Origin: Calditrichia bacterium
GTDB taxonomy: Bacteria; Calditrichota; Calditrichia; RBG-13-44-9; J075
DNA: 64,000 nt
Assembly: GCA_965227145.1 (NCBI GenBank)
Contig: OZ245730.1
Coordinates: forward strand, 451,661-515,660
Direction of reading: 5' to 3'
This document shows, piece after piece, positions 23,321-34,193 of the stretch; positions within the stretch are counted from its first letter, which is position 1, and each line of letters starts with the position of its first letter. The position numbers were made by a program, and so were the translations under genes. The notes beneath the pieces are model-generated. The model had not been told where the DNA came from. It made no database searches and saw only the letters and a list, made by a program, of their open reading frames with translations.

Positions 23321-25668
23321 ACCAAAATTTTTTCCAATACATCTTCAAACGATTGCACTTCGATGATGGTCATTCCGTCGCGGATTTCTTTTGGCAAATC
23401 GTGCACCTCTTTGCGGTTTTCTTTGGGAAGCAACACGGTTCGGATGTTGTTGCGCTGCGCGGCCAACAGCTTTTCGTTGATGCCGCCAACGGCCAGAATT
23501 TTACCGCGCAACGTCAGTTCGCCGGTCAGGGCAATATTATTTCGCAGCGGTCGCCGGATAATTGCAGACAGCATCGCTGCTGCCAGCGCAGCACCGGCGG
23601 ACGGACCGTCTTTGGGAACCGCACCTTCCGGCAAGTGCAGGTGCAAATCGTTGTTTTCGAAAATTTCGCGGTCTATGTTGTATCGCCCGGAAATTGCGCG
23701 CACATAACTCAACGCAATATTCGCGGATTCTTTCATCACATCGCCGAGCTTGCCGGTGAGGGTCAGTTTGCCTTTACCGGGCAGCATAATTACTTCAATT
23801 TTAAGTATATCGCCGCCGAAAGATGTCCAGGCTAATCCCGTTGCCACGCCAACTTGCTCTTCCAATTCCGATTCGCGGCTGAGATACAGTGGTTTCCCGA
23901 GAAATTCATCGAGATTGTCATGGGTAATTTGTTTGGGCTGCCCGTTTTTGGCTTCGCTGAACAGTCGGACGGTTTTTCTGCAGAGGTTTGCCAACTGACG
24001 TTCCAGCTCGCGAACACCAGCTTCGCGGGTGTATTCGCGGATGACGCGCAAAACGGCATCGTCTTCGATTCGCATTTCGCTTTCCACCAAACCGTGTGCC
24101 TGCATTTGTTTGGGGATGAGGTGATACCGGGCGATGCTCAGCTTTTCGTGCTCCAGATAACCCGGCAGCTCGATAATTTCCATCCGGTCTTGCAACGGCA
24201 GCGGAATATTTGAGCGAACATTGGCTGTGGTCAGGAAAAACACGTCGGATAAATCGTAATCGACATCCAGATAATGGTCGTTGAATGTGCGGTTTTGCTC
24301 CGGATCGAGCACTTCCAGCAGCGCTGATGCGGGGTCGCCGCGAAAATCGGAGCTCAGTTTGTCCACTTCGTCCAATAAAATAACCGGATTTACGCTGCCT
24401 ACTTTTTTCATCGACTGAATAAATTTGCCGGGCATCGAACCGATATATGTTCGCCGGTGCCCGCGAATTTCTGCTTCGTCGCGTACGCCGCCGAGCGAAA
24501 TGCGCGTAAAATTGCGTCCCAACGCCCGCGCGATGGATTTACCGAGCGAGGTTTTGCCCACGCCGGGCGGACCGACGAGGCACAAAATCGGACCCTTCAA
24601 TTGTTTGACCCGTTTCATAACCGCCAGATGTTCGATGATCCGTTCTTTCGGTTTTTCCAAGCCGTAGTGATCTTCATCGAGAATTTTTTGGGCTTCGGCG
24701 ATGTTCAGCCGGTCCTGGGTGCGGGTTTGCCACGGCAGCCGGATCATCCAGTCCAGATAATTGCGGATGACCGTGTATTCCGGCGAAAACGGCGGAATTT
24801 TGCGGAGTTTGTTAAATTCTTCGGTGGCTTTGTCTAAAACGGGATCGGGCATGTCGGCGCTGAAAATGTCATCTTCCAGCTTCATCAATTCCGGGGAATT
24901 GAGGTCGTCATCTTCGCCCAATTCTTTGTTAATGATCTTAAGTTTTTCCTGAATGTAATAATTGCGCTGATTTTTCATCAGGTTTTCCTGAACTTTTTGG
25001 TCCAGATCCATGCGCACCTGATGGTGACCGATCACCTGCCGGATCAGATCCAGCAACATAATCAGCCGTTTTTCGATATCCCGTTCTTCCAGAATTTGCT
25101 GTTTTTGATGCGCGGAAGCCTGAATGTTCAATGCAACAAAGTCAATCATCCGGTAGGTATCGCCCTGTCGCTGCAGATGGTCGAGCATTTCTTCGGGCAA
25201 GTCCGGTGTCAGGGCAATGTATTCTTTAAAATAATGGTGAAGTTGATCAACGTAGCTTTCCGTGATCTCATCGAGATCCGACATTTCTTCAAAAATATCT
25301 ACTTCGGTGCGAAAATATTGGCGGTTGCCGTTAAATTTGCGAATTTTCGCCCGGATAACGCCTTCCACAACAACTTTGGCATGACCGTTGGGAAATTCCA
25401 GCAGTTGCAAAATCCGGCAAACGGTTCCCACCCGGAAAATATCAGACGATCGCAGCGCTTCCTGTTCAGAGTTTTTTTGGGTGGCAACCAGCAGCAGATC
25501 GTCGTTATCTCTGGCAACCTGAATGGCTTTTAGCGATTTGGTGCGTCCGACCAGCAACGGCACAACCGAATATGGGAAAACCACCAGTTCCCGAACGGGT
25601 AACAGTGGCAGTACTGTCGGGATTTCCAAAACGTCGTCGCCTTTTAAAATGCGTTGGTATTCGCTCAT
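23317..25668 (-). CDS. lon: ATP-dependent Lon protease
   Basis: Lon N-domain, AAA+ Walker A (GPPGVGKTS) and C-terminal Ser protease motif (DGPSAGAA). 783 aa. Confidence 0.9.
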   Translation of the reverse strand: MSEYQRILKGDDVLEIPTVLPLLPVRELVVFPYSVVPLLVGRTKSLKAIQVARDNDDLLLVATQKNSEQEALRSSDIFRVGTVCRILQLLEFPNGHAKVVVEGVIRAKIRKFNGNRQYFRTEVDIFEEMSDLDEITESYVDQLHHYFKEYIALTPDLPEEMLDHLQRQGDTYRMIDFVALNIQASAHQKQQILEERDIEKRLIMLLDLIRQVIGHHQVRMDLDQKVQENLMKNQRNYYIQEKLKIINKELGEDDDLNSPELMKLEDDIFSADMPDPVLDKATEEFNKLRKIPPFSPEYTVIRNYLDWMIRLPWQTRTQDRLNIAEAQKILDEDHYGLEKPKERIIEHLAVMKRVKQLKGPILCLVGPPGVGKTSLGKSIARALGRNFTRISLGGVRDEAEIRGHRRTYIGSMPGKFIQSMKKVGSVNPVILLDEVDKLSSDFRGDPASALLEVLDPEQNRTFNDHYLDVDYDLSDVFFLTTANVRSNIPLPLQDRMEIIELPGYLEHEKLSIARYHLIPKQMQAHGLVESEMRIEDDAVLRVIREYTREAGVRELERQLANLCRKTVRLFSEAKNGQPKQITHDNLDEFLGKPLYLSRESELEEQVGVATGLAWTSFGGDILKIEVIMLPGKGKLTLTGKLGDVMKESANIALSYVRAISGRYNIDREIFENNDLHLHLPEGAVPKDGPSAGAALAAAMLSAIIRRPLRNNIALTGELTLRGKILAVGGINEKLLAAQRNNIRTVLLPKENRKEVHDLPKEIRDGMTIIEVQSFEDVLEKILV

Positions 25669-25831
25669 GAAGGTCTCTTTATTACTAAATTTGACAAAAT
25701 ATAAAACAAGAAAATTGGGGAATCAAAGAACTTTTGAAGGGAGTTCCGGCGGTTGTGGCGTTGAAACGCCATTTCGAAATCCAGTATTGTTTTACGACTG
25801 TGCAGGTAACAATCAATATTTCGTTTCATTA

Positions 25832-25866
25832 TAAAAAAACGGGGTAGAATCCACATCATCTACCCC
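25832..25866 (-). terminator. Rho-independent terminator downstream of clpX (minus strand)
   Basis: On the minus strand: stem cggggtaga, loop tgatgtggat, stem tctaccccg, then ttttttt. Confidence 0.6.
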
Positions 25867-25895
25867 GTAAAGAAAATTTATTCGGCTGAGGAAAA

Positions 25896-27143
25896 TCAGG
25901 CGGATTGCCGCGATTTTTCCATTTTGAGCACCGGTTCATCTTTGCCGAGGATAACATCTTCGGTTACCAGACATTCCTTTACGCCTTCCATCGAAGGCAC
26001 TTTGAACATTACTGATTGCATGGCTTTTTCGAGAATGCCGCGCAGTCCGCGAGCGCCGGTTTTGCGTTTTCGTGCTAAACTGACCACTTCGCGAAGCGCT
26101 TTATCCGTAAATTTCAACTCAACGCCTTCCAGCTCGAACAGCTTTTTGTACTGTTTGATCAGTGAATTTCGGGGTTCAACCAAAATTGCCAGCAATTCGG
26201 ATTCGGAGAGATCGCGCAGGCCAACCAATACGGGTAATCGACCGATCAATTCGGGAATCAATCCGTAGTGAACCAGATCTTCCGGCTCAACATATCCAAA
26301 CAGCTCGGTGTCGGATAATTCACGAACAGAGCGAACGTGGGCGCTGAAGCCCATTTTCTTTTCACCGATGCGACGGCGGATAACATCACCCAATCCGTCG
26401 AATGCGCCACCGCAGATAAACAAAATATTTTTGGTGTTGATATGCACCATTGGCGCTTCCGGATGTTTGCGCCCGCCTTTTGGAGGAATGGCGGAAACCG
26501 TTCCTTCCAGAATTTTGAGCAATGCCTGCTGCACGCCTTCGCCGGAAACATCGCGGGTGATGGAAGGGCTGCCGGCTTTCCGGGCAATTTTGTCCACTTC
26601 ATCGATATAAACAATGCCGCGTTCGGTTGATGGCACATCGTAATTTGAGGATTGATACAGCCGAACGAGAATATTTTCCACATCTTCACCGACGTATCCG
26701 GCTTCTGTGAGCGTTGTTGCGTCGGAGATGGAAAATGGCACCTGAAGCAAACGTGCCAATGTTTGGGCCATCAGGGTTTTGCCAACACCTGTGGGTCCTA
26801 AAAAGAGGATATTGCTTTTTTCAATTTCGATATCATCCTGAAAGCCATCCAGCGAAATCCGTTTGTAATGATTATAAACCGCAACTGCCATGGCAATTTT
26901 GGCGTGTTCCTGCCCGATCACAAACTGATCGAGGAACTCTTTGATTTCTTTGGGTTTAGGGAGCGTAAATTCACCGCGCTGGTACTGCGAATAGCGGGAA
27001 TTACGCAAAATTTCGTTCGCGCTGTTTACACATTGGTCGCAAATGCTGGCGGATTGCCCGGTAATTAATTGGGTAACCTGCGTGGCGCGACGTCCGCAAA
27101 ACGAACAATTTGATTCGTGTTCATAAAAATCTTTGTTGGCCAT
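25896..27143 (-). CDS. clpX: ATP-dependent Clp protease ATP-binding subunit
   Basis: N-terminal C4 zinc finger (CSFCGR…CDQC), Walker A (GPTGVGKT), Walker B ([10 protein letters not shown]). Confidence 0.9.
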   Translation of the reverse strand: MANKDFYEHESNCSFCGRRATQVTQLITGQSASICDQCVNSANEILRNSRYSQYQRGEFTLPKPKEIKEFLDQFVIGQEHAKIAMAVAVYNHYKRISLDGFQDDIEIEKSNILFLGPTGVGKTLMAQTLARLLQVPFSISDATTLTEAGYVGEDVENILVRLYQSSNYDVPSTERGIVYIDEVDKIARKAGSPSITRDVSGEGVQQALLKILEGTVSAIPPKGGRKHPEAPMVHINTKNILFICGGAFDGLGDVIRRRIGEKKMGFSAHVRSVRELSDTELFGYVEPEDLVHYGLIPELIGRLPVLVGLRDLSESELLAILVEPRNSLIKQYKKLFELEGVELKFTDKALREVVSLARKRKTGARGLRGILEKAMQSVMFKVPSMEGVKECLVTEDVILGKDEPVLKMEKSRQSA

Positions 27144-27169
27144 AAAACAAAACTCTTTTATCAGATTTA

Positions 27170-27775
27170 TTATTCAGTAGCTTCGGACTCAACTTCACGA
27201 CGGGTCAGGATTTCGTCCACAATACCATATTCTATTGCCTGGCTGGCTGTCATGAAAAAGTTGCGGTCGGTATCCTGCTCGATCTGTTCCAGCGGTTGCC
27301 CGGTACGATCAGCGAGAAGTTTATTGAGTCGTTCGCGCATTTTCAAAATTTCCTGTGCGTGGATGTCGATATCGGCAGCCTGACCTTCCACCCCACCGAG
27401 CGGCTGGTGAATCATCACTCTGGAGTTCGGGAGTACAAAGCGTTTGCCGCGTTTGCCCGCTGCCAACAAAATGGCGCCCATACTGGCAGCCTGCCCGATA
27501 CACGTTGTAACAACATCCGGACGAATATACTGCATTGTGTCGTAGATTGCCAATCCGGCCGTCACAATCCCGCCGGGACTGTTTATGTAAAGATAAATAT
27601 CTTTTTCCGGATCTTCTGCTTCCAGAAACAACAATTGCGCAATGGTTAGGCTGGCAATGTTATCATCAATCGGCGTACCCAAAAAGATGATGCGTTCTTT
27701 CAGCAATCGTGAATAAATGTCGTAGGCGCGTTCGCCGCGTCCGGTTTGTTCAACAACCATTGGAATTAATGGCAT
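27170..27775 (-). CDS. clpP: ATP-dependent Clp protease proteolytic subunit
   Basis: Ser-His-Asp ClpP motifs (GQAASMGA; MIHQP). 201 aa. Confidence 0.9.
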   Translation of the reverse strand: MPLIPMVVEQTGRGERAYDIYSRLLKERIIFLGTPIDDNIASLTIAQLLFLEAEDPEKDIYLYINSPGGIVTAGLAIYDTMQYIRPDVVTTCIGQAASMGAILLAAGKRGKRFVLPNSRVMIHQPLGGVEGQAADIDIHAQEILKMRERLNKLLADRTGQPLEQIEQDTDRNFFMTASQAIEYGIVDEILTRREVESEATE

Positions 27776-27854
27776 GGAGCAATCCTCCCCTGATTATCCA
27801 ATTTTATCCTGAATATTTTTTGCGTAATCGTTTACGCTTGATTACAATTTAAGT

Positions 27855-29153
27855 TCATTCTGCCGGATTATCTACCTGTGCTGTAAATTTAGGGGTTTCC
27901 GGCGGATCTACTTCGGTTATTTTGGCGTTTTCTTTGAGAAATTTGATAACTTTGTCGTCGATCATATCGTCTTTGATGCGGCGAAGGAACTCCGGGTTAC
28001 CTTTCAACATCTCAACATCTTCCGGGCTAAATCCTGCTTTATCAACACGTTCAAATGCTTCTTCGTCAGAAACTTCTATATTCTCGACCTGCCTGATCTT
28101 ATCCTTTAACAGATGCCAGCGAATGGCATGAATTCCCTCAACCCGATGGTTTTGGCGCACAATTTCTGCATCGATTTTGGCTTTGGGGTTCTGCTTTTTG
28201 AGGTCTTCGATAACATAGCTGATGTAATTATCAACCATTGCTTCCGGCACTTCAAACGGGTTTTCTTTCAATAATTCATCGATCAAGTGTTGGGTCAGGT
28301 GTTGCTCCGCATGATGCGTCATCCGGTGTTCCATTTGATCGTTGAGATATTTTTTGAGCTCATCCAATGTGCTGATATTTTCTTCACCGATATTTTTGGC
28401 TAACTCGTCGTCAATTTCCGGCAATTCCTGCTCTTCAACGGCTGTTGCGGTAACTTTGTAGCTTTCCGTTTTGCCTTCGGTTTCGCCTTCTTTGGGTTCG
28501 GTTTTGCGGCGGATAATCCGTTCTTCATTTTCCGTTAAACCGATCATTTGTTTTTCCATATCTTCATCAAACTGGCCGGAGCCGAGCTTCACTTTCACAT
28601 CGTCGTATTTGCGACCGACTATCGGCATATCACCTTCGCCAAGTTCCTGAATCGACAGCGTAACCAGGTGACCTTCTTCCGCTTTTTCCGCAGATTTTAC
28701 GGTGGCGTAGCTTTGGCGAATGTTTTCGAGCGCTTCCTGAATCATTTCATCTGTCACAACTACTTTTTCTTTTTCAACAGCGAGTTCTTTGTATTTTTTG
28801 AGATCAATTTCCGGCTGGATTTCAACGACGACGGTGAACGTCATGTCGGTTTGCGGACCTTCAAATTTGAGATCCTGAATTTCACCTTTGGAGACAATTT
28901 TCAATTCGGAATCGGTCATTGCCTGTTGGTAGCCACGGCTGACAGCGGTTTCCAGTATTTCTTTGCGGATGAAATCGGCGTAATTTTTTTTGATCAAACC
29001 GATGGGCGCGCGGCCTTTCCGAAAACCCGGCAGCGATACGTTTTTGCTGACATCTTTCAAAATATCGCTTTCAATTTTTTGGAGATCATCTGACGGAACG
29101 GTCACCAAAAGATGTCGTTTTATACTGTCAATTTCTTTCACTTCAAATTGCAT
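27855..29153 (-). CDS. tig: trigger factor
   Basis: Length 432 aa, acidic, with an FKBP-like central region. It is the first gene of the classic tig-clpP-clpX-lon block. Confidence 0.8.
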   Translation of the reverse strand: MQFEVKEIDSIKRHLLVTVPSDDLQKIESDILKDVSKNVSLPGFRKGRAPIGLIKKNYADFIRKEILETAVSRGYQQAMTDSELKIVSKGEIQDLKFEGPQTDMTFTVVVEIQPEIDLKKYKELAVEKEKVVVTDEMIQEALENIRQSYATVKSAEKAEEGHLVTLSIQELGEGDMPIVGRKYDDVKVKLGSGQFDEDMEKQMIGLTENEERIIRRKTEPKEGETEGKTESYKVTATAVEEQELPEIDDELAKNIGEENISTLDELKKYLNDQMEHRMTHHAEQHLTQHLIDELLKENPFEVPEAMVDNYISYVIEDLKKQNPKAKIDAEIVRQNHRVEGIHAIRWHLLKDKIRQVENIEVSDEEAFERVDKAGFSPEDVEMLKGNPEFLRRIKDDMIDDKVIKFLKENAKITEVDPPETPKFTAQVDNPAE

Positions 29154-29391
29154 GTTGCTTCCTCGTCATTAAACATCAGCTGTTATCGTAATTAATTTGT
29201 TTTCTGATTTTCCGGCAAAAAAACCGGGGAAACAGCCTGGCTCAAGCTGTAAAAAGGAAAAAAACTGCGGAAATCGCCATAAATAATGCCACAAAAGTTA
29301 TGAAAATGTTACTTTTATTTCATAACTGCCAAATATAATAGCTGCAATAAGGTATTGCAAGAAGCTTGTAAAGCGGTTAAAACTGCGATTT

Positions 29392-30696
29392 TTACACGAT
29401 TTCTTTAAGAATTAATGGCGGTGCCGTAACCGGTTTTTCGCCGATAGAAATGGCATTTTGCAGCCGTTCCAGCGCCGGTTCAACCTGTCCGGGCAGGTTG
29501 GTGTGGATGGTCAGCAGCAGATCGCCTTTGGCAACGGCATCGCCGATGCTGACATTCATCATAATACCCGCAACCGGATCGATATTGTCTTCGGCGCGCA
29601 ATCTGCCGGCGCCCAGGCTAACGGAGGTCATCCCGATTCCGAAGGTATCCATTTGTGAAACGTAGCCGGATGTTGTTGCGGTAAGTCTATGAATTTCAGT
29701 CGCCTGGCGATATTTTCCGGGGTTATCCAAAAATGAAACATCGCCGCCCTGCGCCGCGGTAATTTGCCGGAATTTTGCCATTGCGGAGCCATCCGACAGC
29801 GCGCGTTTCGCCAAAGTTTCACCGGCTTCGAGGGAATCTGCCGCGCCGCCGGCAACCAGCATATGCGCCGCGAGACGAACGGTAACTGTTCGCAAATCGT
29901 CCGGACCTTCGCCGTTGAGGCACTCCAGCGATTCCTTTACTTCCAGCCAATTGCCGATGGCGTTGCCGAGCGGTTGTTCCATCCCGGTTAGGCATGCGAC
30001 CGTTTTTTTGCCAAAATCTTTACCGATCCGGATGAGCGTTTGCGCCAATTCTGTTGCCTGTTCGGGCGTTTTCATGAATGCGCCGTTGCCGTATTTTACG
30101 TCCAGCACCAGCGCATCAATGCCTTCGGCAATCTTTTTGCTCATGATGCTGGCAGCGATGAGCGGCATGCAATCGACCGTTGCGGTTACGTCGCGAAGGG
30201 CGTAAATCCGTTTATCTGCCGGAACGATTTCCGCTGTTTGCCCGATGAGCGCAAGCTTATGATTTTTCAATAATTTATGGTAGTCATCCAACCCCAAATT
30301 TGTTTTAAATCCGGGGATCGATTCCAGTTTGTCCAGCGTGCCGCCGGAGTGCCCGAGCCCGCGCCCGGAAATCATGGGAACCGGAACGCCGAGGCTGGCA
30401 ACCAATGGCGCCAAAATCAGCGAAACTTTGTCGCCAACGCCGCCGGTGCTGTGTTTGTCCACTTTGATGCCGGGAATATCTTGTAAATCGACCATCACAC
30501 CGGAGTTGATATAGGCTTTGGTGAGTGCGCCGGTTTCCTCAAAATTCATGCCGCGCAGATAAATGGCCATCAGCAACGCGGTGAGTTGGTAGTCGGTAAC
30601 ATCGCCGCGCATGTATGCGGCAATAAATTCGGTGATCTGGTTGGGCGAAAGCGTTTTTCCGTCGCGTTTGATCGCGATAATTTCGTAAGGTGACAT
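29392..30696 (-). CDS. pyrimidine-nucleoside (thymidine) phosphorylase
   Basis: Phosphate-binding motif (KHSTGGVGDK) and the glycosyltransferase family 3 N-terminal helical domain. 434 aa. Confidence 0.8.
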   Translation of the reverse strand: MSPYEIIAIKRDGKTLSPNQITEFIAAYMRGDVTDYQLTALLMAIYLRGMNFEETGALTKAYINSGVMVDLQDIPGIKVDKHSTGGVGDKVSLILAPLVASLGVPVPMISGRGLGHSGGTLDKLESIPGFKTNLGLDDYHKLLKNHKLALIGQTAEIVPADKRIYALRDVTATVDCMPLIAASIMSKKIAEGIDALVLDVKYGNGAFMKTPEQATELAQTLIRIGKDFGKKTVACLTGMEQPLGNAIGNWLEVKESLECLNGEGPDDLRTVTVRLAAHMLVAGGAADSLEAGETLAKRALSDGSAMAKFRQITAAQGGDVSFLDNPGKYRQATEIHRLTATTSGYVSQMDTFGIGMTSVSLGAGRLRAEDNIDPVAGIMMNVSIGDAVAKGDLLLTIHTNLPGQVEPALERLQNAISIGEKPVTAPPLILKEIV

Positions 30697-30712
30697 ATTT
30701 TTTTCCGAAAGT

Positions 30713-31180
30713 TTAGCTGAATTTTTGTTTGCCGGTGAGCATTTCGATCGCTTTGTTGATGCGCCGCTCCCGGGTTTCCGGGCGTTTGGCTTCGGTGATC
30801 CAGCGGATATATTCTTTGCGATGGGTGAAGGCGAGTCCGTCGAAAAATGCCTGCACTTCGGGATTTTCGTTTAGTTTTTTCCGGAAATCTTCCGGTACTT
30901 CAACCGTGCGCGGCTGGTCATCTTTTTGGATGGTGACGTGAACGGAATCGCCGGGCTGTTTGCCGATGGCCTTGCGCACTGCCTGGGTCATAATCAAAAA
31001 ATGGCAGTGGTGATCCATTTTTGCCAGCGATCCGCGATATTCGAAACCGTCGAAAATGGCGCGAACTTTTATCCACCCACGGGTGCCGAATTCTTTTTCA
31101 ACATCAAATGGGAACTCGATGAACGCCGCGTTCATCTGCCCGTGTCCGATAATTGTTGCATCAAAAGTGTAGGTTTTCAT
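30713..31180 (-). CDS. DUF1905/YdeI-like small protein
   Basis: 155-aa frame. Two-part architecture resembling DUF1905 plus a YdeI C-terminal region. Weak, from memory only. Confidence 0.4.
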   Translation of the reverse strand: MKTYTFDATIIGHGQMNAAFIEFPFDVEKEFGTRGWIKVRAIFDGFEYRGSLAKMDHHCHFLIMTQAVRKAIGKQPGDSVHVTIQKDDQPRTVEVPEDFRKKLNENPEVQAFFDGLAFTHRKEYIRWITEAKRPETRERRINKAIEMLTGKQKFS

Positions 31181-31325
31181 TTCAGAAATCCGTTTGTTTT
31201 TGCGGATTTTACCAATTTAGCGATAAAGTCGGGCGAATGCTCCAAAAAATTCAATTGTCCGCCGGGAATAAAAAAGCGCTCAAAAAGAGCGCCTAAATTG
31301 TAAATCTGCGGATGGTGCCGATCGC

Positions 31326-32324
31326 TTAAAACGCCAGCGTCACCCACACCGGAATGTGGTCCGAGGCAAAGCTGCCGCGCTCCTTATACACCAGTTTGTC
31401 ATCCACAAAACGGATGCTGCTGCGGCTGCCGCGCACCGCCGACGAACGGTTGAAAACACCCGATTCCTTCACATACGGCTTCAGGTTCATGGAAACGAGA
31501 ATGTTGTCCAGCAGGGTGATTTTCACGATCACATCTTTCATGTAATCGTGGGTTTTGCCGCGCCATTTGTTGTTTTCCGCACGGGAACCGGCTGCTGTCG
31601 GGTCGAATGTTTCCGTTTCGATGCTGTCCAGCAAAAAATTGTAGCCGTATGAGCCGTAGTCTTTTTCCAACAGCGATTCGGATGTGTTGAAGAAAAAAGT
31701 GTCCTCTGTTTTGTCGATGCCTGCGGGTGCGTCGGGATTGCCATATTCGAGAATATTGAGCGAACGGTCGTCCGGGTTATCGTTGAAATCGCCGAGAACA
31801 ATCACGTTTTTGCCGGCCATTTCCGCCGATTGCAGGTGCCGCAAAATCAGCTTCGATGCGCCGTTTCGCAACGGATCGTTCTTCTCCCGTCCGCCGCGAC
31901 GGGATTTGGCGTGATGCACCAGAAATACAAATTCCCGGTCGTAACCTTCGACGGTCACTTCAAGCAAATCGCGGCTGCGCGGAAATTCAAAATCATACAG
32001 CGTATCGGGAAAAACATATCGTTGCGAAACAATTTTGAACGGTTCGCGAACCAGTAGCGCCACTTCCTGCACTTCGCTGGTGTCGTCGATCATGGCGATT
32101 TGGTAAGTATCGCCAACAATATTTTGCAAAGCTGCCGGATTGTTGATTTCTTCGCAAGCGATCACATCTGCATCTAACTCTCGAATTACCGTTTGCAAAC
32201 TCGCTTTGCGTTCCGCAGAAATGCCGTCATCGAGAAAATAAATATTGTATGTGGCAATTTTCATGGTTTGACCGGCAGCAAACTGGAGCGCCAATATTAG
32301 CAAGAAAAAGGATATGCGTTTCAT
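31326..32324 (-). CDS. secreted endonuclease/exonuclease/phosphatase (EEP) family protein
   Basis: Signal peptide. EEP family motifs including the C-terminal SDHIPV. Confidence 0.6.
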   Translation of the reverse strand: MKRISFFLLILALQFAAGQTMKIATYNIYFLDDGISAERKASLQTVIRELDADVIACEEINNPAALQNIVGDTYQIAMIDDTSEVQEVALLVREPFKIVSQRYVFPDTLYDFEFPRSRDLLEVTVEGYDREFVFLVHHAKSRRGGREKNDPLRNGASKLILRHLQSAEMAGKNVIVLGDFNDNPDDRSLNILEYGNPDAPAGIDKTEDTFFFNTSESLLEKDYGSYGYNFLLDSIETETFDPTAAGSRAENNKWRGKTHDYMKDVIVKITLLDNILVSMNLKPYVKESGVFNRSSAVRGSRSSIRFVDDKLVYKERGSFASDHIPVWVTLAF

Positions 32325-32571
32325 TTTCAGCCCTTATTTTGTTCGCGAAAATATCCGAATTTTTCCCGACGAAACCAAGCTTCAAAACACTTTCCCGGCA
32401 TTGCGCTAAATGGAATCCGGGATTCTTTATTTTCATTAGAAACAACGGGTTGATAAAAAAATGTCATCAATTTTTGCGAAAAAAAACAGTGAGAAAAAAT
32501 AAGCTTGCCAGTTCCATTTTTCCGCGATATTTTCCAACCAAAAAAACGCAATTAACCGACGAACGAACCGC

Positions 32572-33774
32572 ATGTACCGAAACGTAAAACCATTTATTTC
32601 CCCGCGAAAACGCTTTTTCTTTTTGCCTTTTGCCTTTTTCTTTTTTCCTTTTGTCATTGCCGCACAGCCGCACGCGTTAACAGATAGCGCGACGATTTCG
32701 CTGATCACGGTTTCGCCGGGAAACGAGCTGTATACCACGTTTGGGCACAGTGCTTTTCGGGTGGTCGATAAATCCCAAAATCTCGACCGGATTTATAATT
32801 ACGGCACCTTCAATTTCGACGAACCGGGATTTTATCTCAATTTTTGCCGTGGGAAACTGGATTATTTGTTATCCGCGTATCGTTACAAATGGGCGGAAGA
32901 AACCTACATCGATGAGCAGCGCTCAATTTTTCAGCAACAGCTGAACGTGACGCCTGAGATGCGGGATTATCTGTTCCAGTTTTTGGAGTGGAATCATTTG
33001 CCGGAAAACCGGCGCTATCGATATGATTTCTTTTTTGACAACTGCGCAACGCGCATTCGCGATGTTTTTGAACGAACACTCGGCGACGATGTGCGGCTTT
33101 ATGAAAATCCCGATCGCCATATGACGTTTCGGGAATACATCGATTTGTATCTGACCGGATTACCCTTCAGCGATTACGGTATCGATCTGGCTTTGGGCGC
33201 GAAAACGGATAATCCGGCGTCGGCTCATGAAGCGATGTTTTTACCGGATTATTTGTTCGAAGCCGTTGAAAACGGAGAAATACGGGTTAACGGTGAGTGG
33301 CAACCTTTGGTGGCGCAGTTCGATACGTTATTCTGGACGGAAATTTCCGAGCAACCAAAAACCGCGTTGCCGTGGATGACCATTATTTTGTGGCTGGTTT
33401 TTGCTTTTGCCGGATGGGCGACTTTTCGGGCGTATCAGGAAAAACAATCACCAAAAATCAGCAGAATCGATTATGGTTTATTTGCTTTAAACGGATTAAT
33501 GGGGCTGGTAATGTTGCTGCTTTGGTTTGCCACCGATCATACCACAACGGTAAATAACTGGAATCTGATCTGGGCGTGGCCGACAAATCTGATTGTTGCC
33601 GGATTGTTTTTTGTGCCAAATATGCGGGAACAGTTACGGGTCTATTTTATGGTTTTTGCTGGTGTTCTGGTTTTGTCGCTGGCGGGTTGGGCTTTTCTGC
33701 CGCAGGATTTACATGAGGCAAACATCCCGTTTATTTTGGCGTTGGTGTTGCGTTGTTGGTGGTTAAGCCGATGA
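32572..33774 (+). CDS. DUF4105 (Lnb-like N-terminal domain) membrane protein
   Basis: N-terminal anchor, then a periplasmic domain with GNELYTTFGHSAFRV… followed by 4-5 C-terminal hydrophobic helices. Confidence 0.5.
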   Translation: MYRNVKPFISPRKRFFFLPFAFFFFPFVIAAQPHALTDSATISLITVSPGNELYTTFGHSAFRVVDKSQNLDRIYNYGTFNFDEPGFYLNFCRGKLDYLLSAYRYKWAEETYIDEQRSIFQQQLNVTPEMRDYLFQFLEWNHLPENRRYRYDFFFDNCATRIRDVFERTLGDDVRLYENPDRHMTFREYIDLYLTGLPFSDYGIDLALGAKTDNPASAHEAMFLPDYLFEAVENGEIRVNGEWQPLVAQFDTLFWTEISEQPKTALPWMTIILWLVFAFAGWATFRAYQEKQSPKISRIDYGLFALNGLMGLVMLLLWFATDHTTTVNNWNLIWAWPTNLIVAGLFFVPNMREQLRVYFMVFAGVLVLSLAGWAFLPQDLHEANIPFILALVLRCWWLSR

Positions 33775-33884
33775 TCGATCTGGCCAACGCGCAAGACATT
33801 GTTGATGATGGACAGTCGCTTTTCAATTTTTCGGTTGTAAAGCCACTATCCTGACGCTAAATTTGCCTCGCCAAAAAAACAGAT

Positions 33885-33966
33885 GCCCGGGTGGTGGAAT
33901 TGGCAGACACGCATGACTTAGGATCATGTGCCGAAAGGCGTGGAGGTTCGAGTCCTCTCCCGGGTA
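33885..33966 (+). tRNA. tRNA-Leu (anticodon TAG)
   Basis: Acceptor stem GCCCGGG/CCCGGGT with a G1-U72 wobble. D-arm GGTGGAATTGG. Anticodon stem CATGA/TCATG with loop cTTAGga. Long variable arm GCCGAAAGGCGTG. T-arm GGAGG-TTCGAGT-CCTCT. Discriminator A. CCA is not encoded. Confidence 0.85.
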
Positions 33967-34193
33967 CTGAATAAAAACAACTACTTACAGACACACCTGA
34001 CTTTACAGAATTTCTCTTGCTCCAAACTTGCTCTATTTGCGTTTTAAGAAAAAGCCCCTTGTAGAGGCTAATCTGGTGGTCGCCAAGATTAATTGCCGTA
34101 ATTGGCTGCGCTCGTTCAAGGGGCAAAATGTATAATTAATCCTGGCGACCGGCTTCAATATACAAACCTGCCTTCCGTTTTACTATACCCACT

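Noticed and set aside
33857-34126. 89-aa minus ORF overlapping the tRNA
   Set aside because: It overlaps the tRNA-Leu and the non-coding att region. It has no motif support.
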